A stretch of DNA of 27,033 bases. Origin: a virus (taxonomy: Duplodnaviria > Heunggongvirae > Uroviricota > Caudoviricetes). Below, piece after piece: positions 1 to 8,105 of the stretch. The stretch covers positions 39,882-66,914 of IMG/VR virus record IMGVR_UViG_2974747673_000001. One strand, given 5' to 3'. The notes under the pieces are model-generated. The model saw nothing but the letters and a program-made list of their open reading frames with translations. It was not told the origin of the DNA and searched no databases. How positions within the stretch are numbered: position 1 is the first letter of the stretch; each line of letters opens with the position of its first letter. The position numbers were made by a program, and so were the translations under genes.

Positions 1-273
1 GTGTTTAGTTTGTGAATATATTGTACGAGATTAGTTAAGTAAATGGTGGAGGTGTAGGGGACTAGGACGCTACCTGTTCTTTTTCTGAACATAAAGGGAA
101 ACACCTGTTCAGTTTTAGGTCATTATGTTTTATTATAGTACATTGTGTACTTTTATCATACACAATTAATAATTATTACTAATAATATTTATTATTATCT
201 ATTAATAACATTTATTTACATTAATTATTATTTTTTATAGTTGAATAATTTTTTAATTGGCTTGTGCTAATAA
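1..273. repeat. Left arm of a perfect inverted repeat (may be truncated by the window edge)
   Basis: Position i is complementary to 916-i for i=1..273; the first mismatch is 274/642. Confidence 0.97.
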
Positions 274-642
274 CTTTTATTTAATATAATTTTTATTTAT
301 AGTATCTTTATATAAAAATAATTATTATTCATTATAGTTTATAAAATAATTTATTAATAATTTTTATTGATGGTATCTTTTATTTAAGATTCTAATTATA
401 TTTATTAATTATTATTCTTATAAGTTGCACAAGAAAAATTATTATACTAATTAAATAATAAATATTTATAATAATAATTACATTTAATAATTGTTATCTT
501 TAAAGTTGGCACTAAAAAAAATAACAAACTATCATTAATAATAATTACTAAAAATAATTATTATCTGTTATTGCAACAATAAAAATATTATTAAATTCAA
601 TCTATAATATTTAATTAAAATAATTATTAGTAGTATTATTTA

Positions 643-915
643 TTATTAGCACAAGCCAATTAAAAAATTATTCAACTATAAAAAATAATAATTAATGTAA
701 ATAAATGTTATTAATAGATAATAATAAATATTATTAGTAATAATTATTAATTGTGTATGATAAAAGTACACAATGTACTATAATAAAACATAATGACCTA
801 AAACTGAACAGGTGTTTCCCTTTATGTTCAGAAAAAGAACAGGTAGCGTCCTAGTCCCCTACACCTCCACCATTTACTTAACTAATCTCGTACAATATAT
901 TCACAAACTAAACAC
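643..915. repeat. Right arm of the 273-bp inverted repeat
   Basis: Reverse complement of 1-273. Confidence 0.97.
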
Positions 916-1374
916 TTATCCCAATACCTAACAATTTCTATCTTTACTGTCATATTTCAATACTTTCATATCCCTTTTTTGAATTTCATTCGTTACACTC
1001 ACTCAATTATAGTACAGTATGTTTATGTATCTTACTATCTGTATTATATCTATAATAATATAAATCTATTGTTCTAAAATAAACTATTGACAACTATTAT
1101 ATTTTATGTATTGAATCAATTTGTTTTTATTAAAGTAACCTTGTATGTTTTTAATACTCTTATTCTATGTCAATACTCTCAAACTCTCTATTTATCTATC
1201 ATTGACTATCTTTTTAAATCTGTATATATTCTATACACTGCCTTTTCTCTCAATCTGTTATCTATTTATTATACAGTGTTATTTTATCGCTTTTAGTACA
1301 TCAATCCTGAAATATTACAGCCTCAACTCCTCTATTTATGCACTGTCTAGCTTTGAACCTCTATAATCAATTTT

Positions 1375-1414
1375 AAAAGGTGTTATTTTATTATTTGATA
1401 TAATAATACCTTTT
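1375..1414. other. Imperfect hairpin element, TATA-core family (copy 1, divergent)
   Basis: aaaaggtgttatt ... aataatacctttt arms around tgatataat. Confidence 0.5.
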
Positions 1415-1554
1415 ATGTCTATAAACTCTCAAATTATGTCTATTAATTTTTAACAGTCCATTTTATGCTAGGTTGAAACCTCTCCAGCATTAATTATATA
1501 TGATTAAATTAGTATACTAATAATTTATAGCCTTTTCTTAAATATAAACTTATT

Positions 1555-1583
1555 ATTATACTATAAATTATTTTAATTGTCAA
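1555..1583 (-). promoter_or_regulatory. sigma70 promoter, no downstream ORF recognised
   Basis: TTGACA-17-TATAAT on minus strand. Confidence 0.8.
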
Positions 1584-1623
1584 TATGTTATTTTTATAAA
1601 TTTTTCTTTCTGCTAGTGCAATT

Positions 1624-1658
1624 AAAAAAGATTATAGATTTCTTGAATCTATAATCTT
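1624..1658 (-). terminator. Intrinsic terminator
   Basis: 13-bp stem aagattatagatt/aatctataatctt with U-tract on minus strand. Confidence 0.7.
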
Positions 1659-1683
1659 AAATTATTATATAATTTTATTGAAC

Positions 1684-1720
1684 AAAAAAAAGCTATCTAA
1701 TATCTTACTTAGATAGCTTT
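1684..1720 (-). terminator. Intrinsic terminator after 1727-2002
   Basis: Stem aaagctatctaa/ttagatagcttt followed by U-tract. Confidence 0.8.
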
Positions 1721-1726
1721 AATCTT

Positions 1727-2002
1727 TTAATCTAAGACATCTACTATAATACTATCTAATATCTTAGATGTCTTAATACTTTGATATTCAATTTCAATTC
1801 TATCATTTTCAAAATCATGATAGAAATTAATATACATAGAGTTCTTGAATCTCTTAAAGAACTCTTTAATTTTTTCTATATCCTCAGTATTTACAATTTT
1901 AAAATTGTAAATACCTTTTTTATATTTACTATGAACCTTATTTTTAAATGTTAAGGTATCCCCTAACACCTCTAAAATTGCAAACTTGCTTTCTATTTTC
2001 AT
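1727..2002 (-). CDS. Hypothetical early protein, 91 aa (paralogue family A)
   Basis: RBS aggaggt, own promoter and terminator; INFYHDF segment resembles VRFYHEF in 2574-2858. Confidence 0.85.
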   Translation of the reverse strand: MKIESKFAILEVLGDTLTFKNKVHSKYKKGIYNFKIVNTEDIEKIKEFFKRFKNSMYINFYHDFENDRIEIEYQSIKTSKILDSIIVDVLD

Positions 2003-2040
2003 TTTAAAACCTCCTAAAAAATTTATTATTTTACTATATA

Positions 2041-2069
2041 ATTATACTATATTTTTAAACATATTGCAA
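2041..2069 (-). promoter_or_regulatory. sigma70 promoter
   Basis: TTGCAA-17-TATAAT. Confidence 0.75.
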
Positions 2070-2112
2070 GAAAAATTTTAATAAAATTAAATTGATTTTC
2101 CTGAACCAAAAT

Positions 2113-2143
2113 AAAAAGCTAGTGTATTTCACTAGCTTTTTTT
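2113..2143. terminator. Bidirectional intrinsic terminator
   Basis: aaaaagctagtg/cactagcttttt, with A-tract and T-tract flanks. Confidence 0.8.
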
Positions 2144-2383
2144 ATTTTCAATTCTAATATTTTCAACTTTAAATTGATATAATAGTTCTTTCTCTTCGTC
2201 TATTATTTCAACTTTGTTTCTATCTTTTAAAATATTGATAAAAACATTATCCTTGTTTCTTAAAAGAGTTCTAACTGTTTCAATACTCTCTCTATTTTTT
2301 AATCTAAATGCTAATTTATCCCCATCTTTAAAAATTAGTTTAAAACATTTACCAAGTCCTAAAAAATAATCTAAATTTTTCAT
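2132..2383 (-). CDS. Hypothetical early protein, 83 aa (family A; start revised to MKNLDY)
   Basis: ggaggt RBS precedes the ATG at 2383. Confidence 0.85.
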   Translation of the reverse strand: MKNLDYFLGLGKCFKLIFKDGDKLAFRLKNRESIETVRTLLRNKDNVFINILKDRNKVEIIDEEKELLYQFKVENIRIENKKS

Positions 2384-2421
2384 ATAATTTACCTCCATAA
2401 AATTTAATTTTCTATACTATT

Positions 2422-2450
2422 ATAATATCATACTTCTTTTAAAATTGCAA
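2422..2450 (-). promoter_or_regulatory. sigma70 promoter, extended -10
   Basis: TTGCAA-17-TATTAT with TG; -35 overlaps an AGTTGCAACT-like palindrome. Confidence 0.65.
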
Positions 2451-2535
2451 CTATTTTTTTTTAATTTTTATAAAAAATTTTTAATCTTACAATTTATCTA
2501 TATTTCAATTAAATTTTTATGAATTAGTTGCAACT

Positions 2536-2565
2536 AAAAAAGCTAGTATCTTTAAATACTAGCTT
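2536..2565 (-). terminator. Intrinsic terminator
   Basis: aagctagtat/atactagctt plus U-tract. Confidence 0.8.
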
Positions 2566-2573
2566 GAATATAT

Positions 2574-2858
2574 TTAATTTATCATTAAACTTGTTATAAA
2601 TATATCTTTAAAGATATATTTTTCTATTTCTGTAATTTCTACAGAAAAATTTAACTTATTAAATTCATGATAGAATCTAACATTTAAACTATATCCTTTT
2701 TTATCCATATAATCTAATAATTTTATTAGATTATATAAATTTTCTTGAGAGTTTTCATTGAACTTAAATTTTAAGTTTTTTATTATAATTTCTCCAGTAT
2801 TCACATTAATATTTACATAAACTCCAAATATTAGCCATTCTTTTTTACTTATTTTCAT
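2574..2858 (-). CDS. Hypothetical early protein, 94 aa (family A; start revised to MKISKK)
   Basis: ggaggt RBS before the ATG at 2858; promoter directly upstream. Confidence 0.85.
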   Translation of the reverse strand: MKISKKEWLIFGVYVNINVNTGEIIIKNLKFKFNENSQENLYNLIKLLDYMDKKGYSLNVRFYHEFNKLNFSVEITEIEKYIFKDIFITSLMIN

Positions 2859-2907
2859 TTTTGATACCTCCATTTTTTTAGATGTCTTAAACATCTTTTA
2901 TATTTTA

Positions 2908-2936
2908 ATTATACAGTATCTTAAACATAATGTCAA
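2908..2936 (-). promoter_or_regulatory. sigma70 promoter
   Basis: TTGACA-17-TATAAT. Confidence 0.85.
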
Positions 2937-3020
2937 TAAAATTTTTATAATATTAACATATAACTTGTATATATTAATCATTTATACTATAAATATTAAA
3001 ATAAAGATTCCAACAACAAA

Positions 3021-3081
3021 TTTAAGACATCTAAAATACAAGCTATATAAAATTATATCACTTTTCTTTTAAAGCTTTAAA
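3021..3081. other. Imperfect hairpin element, TATA-core family (copy 2, weak)
   Basis: tttaa...ctatataaaattatatc...tttaaa. Confidence 0.4.
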
Positions 3082-3171
3082 TTCGGCTATCTGATGGCTT
3101 TAAAATAGATATTAGATTTAAGATTACATCTAATTATTTTAATCTATAATTGTCTATATCCTCAAATAAAT

Positions 3172-3200
3172 AAAAAAAAACGGCTTGTTATAGCCGTTTT
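3172..3200. terminator. Bidirectional intrinsic terminator
   Basis: aaaacggct/agccgtttt. Confidence 0.8.
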
Positions 3201-3264
3201 ATTTACATCTTAGAATAATTATTATGAAAATAATTACCCCCAAGTACACTCCTATACTCTCCAT
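3199..3264 (-). CDS. 21-aa hydrophobic peptide MESIGVYLGVIIFIIIILRCK (not in ORF track)
   Basis: RBS gcaggtgg; last ORF before terminator; single TM-like segment. Confidence 0.55.
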   Translation of the reverse strand: MESIGVYLGVIIFIIIILRCK

Positions 3265-3276
3265 TTTTCCACCTGC

Positions 3277-3399
3277 CTAAGAGTATAAACAAGCTAACAG
3301 TTTATACTCTTTATAAGTAGCAACTAACTTGCTACTTTTACTCTTTATTAGCTTTCTCTTAATACTTTTTAGTATTAAAATAATTTCTTTTTTGTTCAT
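3277..3399 (-). CDS. 40-aa basic protein (not in ORF track)
   Basis: aaggag RBS, ATG at 3399; 3' half overlaps two DNA/RNA hairpins (about 3280-3337). Confidence 0.55.
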   Translation of the reverse strand: MNKKEIILILKSIKRKLIKSKSSKLVATYKEYKLLACLYS

Positions 3400-3422
3400 T
3401 CTTTTCAACTCCTTTTTTTTTA

Positions 3423-3659
3423 TTATAAAATTAATAGTTTACTATAATATTTATTACAACAAATATCTTCTATAACTGTTTTTAACTGTCCTTGTGCTAT
3501 TAAATCCCCTTCATTTGTGTAAAGACTATATTTATAACCTTTACTATTTCCCCAGCACTTGAAACTATTATTATAAGTTCTATAAAGTTCTAATTTTATA
3601 GAATGTGTTTTATTCCATTTTACAACTTTTCTCGCCAAACTTTCATAATCTCTAATCAT
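3423..3659 (-). CDS. Hypothetical early protein, 78 aa
   Basis: aggagg RBS; downstream of promoter 3730-3758. Confidence 0.85.
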   Translation of the reverse strand: MIRDYESLARKVVKWNKTHSIKLELYRTYNNSFKCWGNSKGYKYSLYTNEGDLIAQGQLKTVIEDICCNKYYSKLLIL

Positions 3660-3729
3660 TTTAATCCTCCTGTTAGCCGATTTTACGGCTTTTCTTAATT
3701 TTTTACAAGTTCTCTACTTGCTTGAATAT

Positions 3730-3758
3730 AATATACATTATTTTCTAAAAAATGTCAA
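3730..3758 (-). promoter_or_regulatory. sigma70 promoter
   Basis: TTGACA-17-TATATT. Confidence 0.7.
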
Positions 3759-3938
3759 TATATTTTATTAAATAATTTTAAATTATTTTTAACTCTCCAT
3801 TTTTCCAGAACTTGCAACTAATAAAATAACATTCTATACAATAAATTTAATAAATTTCTATGAACTTCTTTTAAATTTTATGAATACATCTATATCTAAT
3901 TAACTATTTATCTATAAATTTAAACTTGAATGTCTATA

Positions 3939-4014
3939 ATATGCTTTAAAAGAATTTTAATCTATATAGCTATATAATTGTATACCTTGCTTTTAAAATT
4001 CTTTAAAACCATAT
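3939..4014. other. Imperfect hairpin element, TATA-core family (copy 3)
   Basis: atatg-tttaaaagaattttaa ... ttaaaattctttaaa-catat arms, centre ctatataattgtatacc. Confidence 0.7.
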
Positions 4015-4278
4015 CACAAGCCTTTTAAATTGATATAACCTTTAATAGTCCATTTTATCAATAATTCCTTTGTATTGATTGAACTTGCTAGAATATTGAA
4101 TATACTAATATTTAAGATATTGATGCTAGGACAATTAACCTATTATTCTATATTTCTAGTATATTGTGTATTATAATTATACTACATAATTAACTTGAAT
4201 AAAAAGACATCTTTAATTTTTATATCTTAGATTCCAACACCAGCAACTTTTATAATTCTAATATAGAATCTTAAATCT

Positions 4279-4386
4279 AATTTAAAGCTATTATACTATG
4301 TTTTAAAGCATTCTATACATATAGATATATAAATTATAGTTTAATATCTTAGAACTTTAAATAATAGTATATTATAACTTTAAATT
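4279..4386. other. Imperfect hairpin element, TATA-core family (copy 4)
   Basis: aatttaaag/ctttaaatt, tatactat/atagtata, tttaaag/ctttaaa and ttcta/tagaa nested around tatataaattata. Confidence 0.7.
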
Positions 4387-4411
4387 ATTGTTTGTTTTTC
4401 CTGCACCAAAT

Positions 4412-4445
4412 AAAAAAAAAGGTATCTAATAATCTTAGATACCTT
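4412..4445 (-). terminator. Intrinsic terminator
   Basis: aaggtatctaa/ttagatacctt plus 9-U tract. Confidence 0.85.
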
Positions 4446-4452
4446 GAAATTT

Positions 4453-4521
4453 TTAAAATTTTATAATAAAGCTACTGCTAATAATGTATATTATTGTTAA
4501 TGTATAATACCATTTATTCAT
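4453..4521 (-). CDS. 22-aa hydrophobic peptide MNKWYYTLTIIYIISSSFIIKF (not in ORF track)
   Basis: aggaggt RBS; last ORF before terminator. Confidence 0.55.
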   Translation of the reverse strand: MNKWYYTLTIIYIISSSFIIKF

Positions 4522-4556
4522 ATATTCCACCTCCTGAACCAATTTTATGAATATAT

Positions 4557-4799
4557 TTAAGATACAGAAATTAAAGTTTTATTAGACTTCAACAATGTAT
4601 TGTCTATATGTAGTAAATAGCACTTTTTACCTGTTTTTGTTTTATACTTTATATTCAAATGTTTACTATTTTCTTGAATATCTAATACATTTACTCCATT
4701 TTCTGCTAAAAAGAATAAATAATTATTTAAAATCTTTTTAGTATTTTTTCCAGATAAACCTAATTTTTCAACAAGTCCAACTAATTCTAATTTTTTCAT
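4557..4799 (-). CDS. Hypothetical basic protein, 80 aa
   Basis: aggagg RBS. Confidence 0.8.
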   Translation of the reverse strand: MKKLELVGLVEKLGLSGKNTKKILNNYLFFLAENGVNVLDIQENSKHLNIKYKTKTGKKCYLLHIDNTLLKSNKTLISVS

Positions 4800-4823
4800 T
4801 TTTCATATCCTCCTATTTTTTGC

Positions 4824-4860
4824 ACTTTTAGAGTACCATTTTTTCTGATACTCTAAAAGT
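4824..4860. terminator. 12-bp-stem hairpin; U-tract only on plus strand
   Basis: acttttagagta/tactctaaaagt followed by atttttattt on plus strand. Confidence 0.5.
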
Positions 4861-4864
4861 ATTT

Positions 4865-4942
4865 TTATTTTTTAACTGTGAAATAAATTGCTAACACTAT
4901 AAACAAGCAAGGAATAAATAATCCCTTAACTAATTCAAACAT
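4865..4942 (-). CDS. 25-aa hydrophobic peptide MFELVKGLFIPCLFIVLAIYFTVKK (not in ORF track)
   Basis: gaaggt RBS; ATG overlaps the end of 4935-5315; TM-like core with C-terminal lysines. Confidence 0.6.
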   Translation of the reverse strand: MFELVKGLFIPCLFIVLAIYFTVKK

Positions 4943-5315
4943 CTAAACCTTCTGAAATATCTGAACCTAAAGCTTTAAGTTCAGATAAAATCTCAAGGTG
5001 TTCAGTTTCCAAACATTCTCCATAAATGTCTAAAAACTCTGAAATTATTTCCTTTTCTTGATTTAATATTGATTTTTCGTGTTCCATTTCTAAACAACTT
5101 TCAAAGTTTCCACAACCATTGATATAAAAATAATCGTCTTGCCAGTTTTTTATATCTCCAAAAAAAACGGCACTAGCTATTTCTTCTCCTTCATATCCTG
5201 AAAATTCAATTAATTCTTCTATACTACTAAAAACATTAATAATGTCTTCAAATGTACCATTATAATTGCATACATATCCTGCTAGTATTTCCAATAATTC
5301 AGCTTTTCTTTTCAT
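4935..5315 (-). CDS. Very acidic phage protein, 126 aa; candidate DNA mimic or anti-defence protein
   Basis: About 29 D/E versus 7 K/R by hand count; own promoter. Confidence 0.85.
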   Translation of the reverse strand: MKRKAELLEILAGYVCNYNGTFEDIINVFSSIEELIEFSGYEGEEIASAVFFGDIKNWQDDYFYINGCGNFESCLEMEHEKSILNQEKEIISEFLDIYGECLETEHLEILSELKALGSDISEGLDV

Positions 5316-5346
5316 TTAAGACCTCCATTATTTTTTAAGATAACTA

Positions 5347-5375
5347 ATTATACTATAAATTTTATAACTTGTCAA
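5347..5375 (-). promoter_or_regulatory. sigma70 promoter
   Basis: TTGACA-17-TATAAT. Confidence 0.85.
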
Positions 5376-5385
5376 ATATTTTTTT

Positions 5386-5425
5386 ACAAGTTGCATAAAT
5401 TTTTTTATTAACTTATGCAACTTGT
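5386..5425. other. 13-bp inverted repeat (terminator or operator)
   Basis: acaagttgcataa/ttatgcaacttgt; no clear U-tract on minus strand. Confidence 0.55.
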
Positions 5426-5433
5426 GTATTTTC

Positions 5434-5730
5434 TTAAACTTCTTTTAATACATAACCTTGCAAGTCTTGATTATATACCATTTTTTCAGATATAAACTTT
5501 TCAAGACTTTTTAAATCTGAAATTTCTGAAAAATAGTTTGTAAAAAACAAATTTCTATATTTTCCAGTAGTTTTTGAGGCTTGGTAATTACCTCCAACAA
5601 ATTTAAGTTTTCCATATTCTATAATAGCAATAATGCTATTATAAGATTGAAATATAACTCCCTTGTCTGTAGCAATTACATATTGATTTTTAACTCCAAA
5701 ATCCTCAATAACTCTTGTAAAATCTTTCAT
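5434..5730 (-). CDS. Conserved-type phage hypothetical protein, 98 aa (NQ..FQSY.S.IA..S.TT.KYRN motif)
   Basis: aggaggt RBS; the motif pattern recurs in phage early proteins (recalled, not searched). Confidence 0.85.
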   Translation of the reverse strand: MKDFTRVIEDFGVKNQYVIATDKGVIFQSYNSIIAIIEYGKLKFVGGNYQASKTTGKYRNLFFTNYFSEISDLKSLEKFISEKMVYNQDLQGYVLKEV

Positions 5731-5790
5731 ATACTTCTACCTCCTAAAATTTTAATATTCATTTTCCATTGTTCTTAACCTTATAAAACT

Positions 5791-5819
5791 ATTATAGCAT
5801 CTTTTTAAATTTATGTCAA
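5791..5819 (-). promoter_or_regulatory. sigma70 promoter, extended -10
   Basis: TTGACA-17-TGnTATAAT. Confidence 0.85.
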
Positions 5820-5879
5820 TAATTTTTTTAATTATTTTATAAATTTCTTTTTCTGCTATCTGTTTATCTAAGTGTTTAC

Positions 5880-5908
5880 ATAATACCATAGATTAAAAAG
5901 TATGTCAA
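5880..5908 (-). promoter_or_regulatory. Tandem upstream sigma70 promoter
   Basis: TTGACA-17-TGnTATTAT. Confidence 0.7.
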
Positions 5909-6074
5909 TACATTTTTTATAAAATTTTTAGATTTCTCCAGAATGAACCATTTTATCTGTGTTTCCAGCATCAAAAAATTTTTATCTGTTGTAGAAGTTG
6001 CAACTATTTTAAATCTTTTCTTAAATCTAATTATCTAAAATTCTATAATTACACTTGTAAAGCTATCAGATACC

Positions 6075-6142
6075 TTTTAAAATTGTTTTATACATGTAGG
6101 CTATATAATTATATACCTAGCTTGTATAAACCTTGTTAAAAG
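6075..6142. other. Imperfect hairpin element, TATA-core family (copy 5)
   Basis: tttataca/tgtataaa and tagg/ccta around palindrome tatataattatata. Confidence 0.75.
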
Positions 6143-6207
6143 CCTTTTAAAATTTAATAAAAAATATAGGACTTTTTATAACCTGCTTCAGTTTCCAGCA
6201 ATGCAAC

Positions 6208-6238
6208 AAAAAAGACTACTAATAATTTTAGTAGTCTT
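6208..6238 (-). terminator. Intrinsic terminator
   Basis: aagactactaa/ttagtagtctt plus U-tract. Confidence 0.85.
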
Positions 6239-6246
6239 AAATAGCT

Positions 6247-6663
6247 TTACTCTAATATTTTATAAATAATTTCATTGTTTATAGTTTTAAATGTATTTTC
6301 ATTTAAAACGATTATATCTTTTTTTGCATAATAGCAATTATTTATAATTATATCTTTACTTTTTACTTCTGTAGCCAAGTTTCTTTTAAATATGTTTATC
6401 ATTTTATCATAATAAATCATATTATTAGCAATATTTAAAGACCTATTTTTTGTCTTTAAATATGAATATAAATTAATATAACCATTTTCTATTGTATAAT
6501 ATATTTTAGTTTTTTTAATTTCATTTTTCTTAAAAAAACCTTGATTATACCACCAAACAAGCACTTCTTTTATCTGATTATTTCTTAATTTTTCAATTTC
6601 TTTTAAATTATCAATTATAACCTTTTTTCCCTCAACCTTTTTATAAAATTCTCTTTTTGTCAT
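6247..6663 (-). CDS. Hypothetical protein, 138 aa
   Basis: ggaggc RBS; operon context. Confidence 0.85.
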   Translation of the reverse strand: MTKREFYKKVEGKKVIIDNLKEIEKLRNNQIKEVLVWWYNQGFFKKNEIKKTKIYYTIENGYINLYSYLKTKNRSLNIANNMIYYDKMINIFKRNLATEVKSKDIIINNCYYAKKDIIVLNENTFKTINNEIIYKILE

Positions 6664-6692
6664 TTTCTGCCTCCATTTATTCCAGCATTAAC

Positions 6693-7004
6693 CTAAAATG
6701 TTAATGCTTTTAAATATAATTTTTCTCTAAATATCATACTATTTTTATTTCTATCAAAAATAGTAAGCATATTAGAATTATTATAATCACATATAAAATT
6801 ACCATTTTCATTTGTATTCAATACTTTTATAAGTTCATTAAATACATCTGTATTATTATTTTTATCATAGTCAAAATATAGTAATTGACTATTTCCAGTA
6901 TATGAATTTTTAATCTCTAAGTGCAAACTAAATTTAGATGTCTTAAATATATATAAACTATTATTATATGTATTTATAATTTTAAATTCTTTTATATTTT
7001 CCAT
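6693..7004 (-). CDS. Hypothetical protein, 103 aa (possible family A member)
   Basis: gaggt RBS; LYFDYDKNNNTDVFNELIKVLN resembles LKFKFNENSQENLYNLIKLLD in 2574-2858. Confidence 0.8.
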   Translation of the reverse strand: MENIKEFKIINTYNNSLYIFKTSKFSLHLEIKNSYTGNSQLLYFDYDKNNNTDVFNELIKVLNTNENGNFICDYNNSNMLTIFDRNKNSMIFREKLYLKALTF

Positions 7005-7021
7005 TTTTTAAACCTCTCTTT

Positions 7022-7246
7022 TTAAATAAATTTTGATACCTTTATATTAAAGTTTTTATCTTCTCTATCAAAGACTTCTACTAAAAAATTTTGAGTAAAC
7101 TCTGCTAAAGCTACATTAATATAATTAGCTTTTCTTAATAATTTTATATTAAATTCTTTTTCCATTTTTATAATAAAATCATTTAAAACCTCTCCTTTAT
7201 CTCTGTATTGTCCCTGTTCCAAAACAAATATTTTCTTTGTTTTCAT
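7022..7246 (-). CDS. Hypothetical protein, 74 aa, paralogue of 7640-7864
   Basis: ggaggc RBS; shared KI..Y..E..N(D/E)FI..L(L/I)RK..A..EFT pattern. Confidence 0.85.
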   Translation of the reverse strand: MKTKKIFVLEQGQYRDKGEVLNDFIIKMEKEFNIKLLRKANYINVALAEFTQNFLVEVFDREDKNFNIKVSKFI

Positions 7247-7256
7247 TTTCTGCCTC

Positions 7257-7625
7257 CTATTTTATTTCTATTCCACTATTTTTTAACAAATTTTTTATAT
7301 TATATATAAATTGTATTTTTTCCCTAAGAATTTCTACAATTTTTTCTTTTGCTTTTTCTCCAACTTTTATATTTTGTTTATTGCATTCAAGTATAACACT
7401 ATCTAAATAATTATAAATAGTATCGTCTTCATATTCTTTTATCCCTAAATCATAAGAAAATACATCAGTATATAAATAGTTTTCTATATCCCTATAATTT
7501 TCACAAGTATTAAGAATATACTCTTTATCTTTACTTGTTAATTGTTCTCCATAGTTAAAGTTATAAAATATTTCTCTTCCTAACTCTCTAATAACATTAT
7601 AACATATTTTTTCAATCTTTTTCAT
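7257..7625 (-). CDS. Hypothetical protein, 122 aa
   Basis: aaggag RBS; operon context. Confidence 0.85.
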   Translation of the reverse strand: MKKIEKICYNVIRELGREIFYNFNYGEQLTSKDKEYILNTCENYRDIENYLYTDVFSYDLGIKEYEDDTIYNYLDSVILECNKQNIKVGEKAKEKIVEILREKIQFIYNIKNLLKNSGIEIK

Positions 7626-7639
7626 ATAATTTCACTCCT

Positions 7640-7864
7640 TTAATCTTGAATTATCATTATTTCATAACTATCTTTTAATTTTGTGATAAATACATCAGTA
7701 TCTTTTGTAAATTCTATTATAGCACTATTTTTATTAATGTTTTTTCTAATTAGTTCTAATCTTCCCATAGCATTAATTAGAAAATCTTGTATAAATTCGT
7801 TACAAGCCTCGCTTATATTTTTATACTTATTTATACTTACATTATAAATTTTTTGAAATCCCAT
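7640..7864 (-). CDS. Hypothetical protein, 74 aa, paralogue of 7022-7246
   Basis: aaggag RBS; first gene after promoter. Confidence 0.85.
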   Translation of the reverse strand: MGFQKIYNVSINKYKNISEACNEFIQDFLINAMGRLELIRKNINKNSAIIEFTKDTDVFITKLKDSYEIMIIQD

Positions 7865-7893
7865 TTTTCAACTCCTTTTAATTTTGATACCTA

Positions 7894-7922
7894 ATTATAC
7901 ACCTAAAAATAAAATATGTCAA
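7894..7922 (-). promoter_or_regulatory. sigma70 promoter of the 7864-6247 operon
   Basis: TTGACA-17-TATAAT. Confidence 0.85.
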
Positions 7923-8105
7923 TAAAAAATTTTAAAAATATTCATAAATTTTTAAATACACTCTTAACCTTACATAAATTCATAAGTTTATAATATAAAA
8001 TATTTTTATCTTTACTATATAATAGTATAGTATTTTCTTTTTACCTGTTCCAACTCTACAATTTACCTACAATTAAAAATTATTTTAAAATTTATAAAAA
8101 ATTTC

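Noticed and set aside
4557-4799. HU/IHF-like N-terminus (MKKLELVGLVEKLGLSGKNTKKIL)
   Set aside because: Lacks the GFGxF motif and the DNA-binding arm of HU; the similarity is too short.
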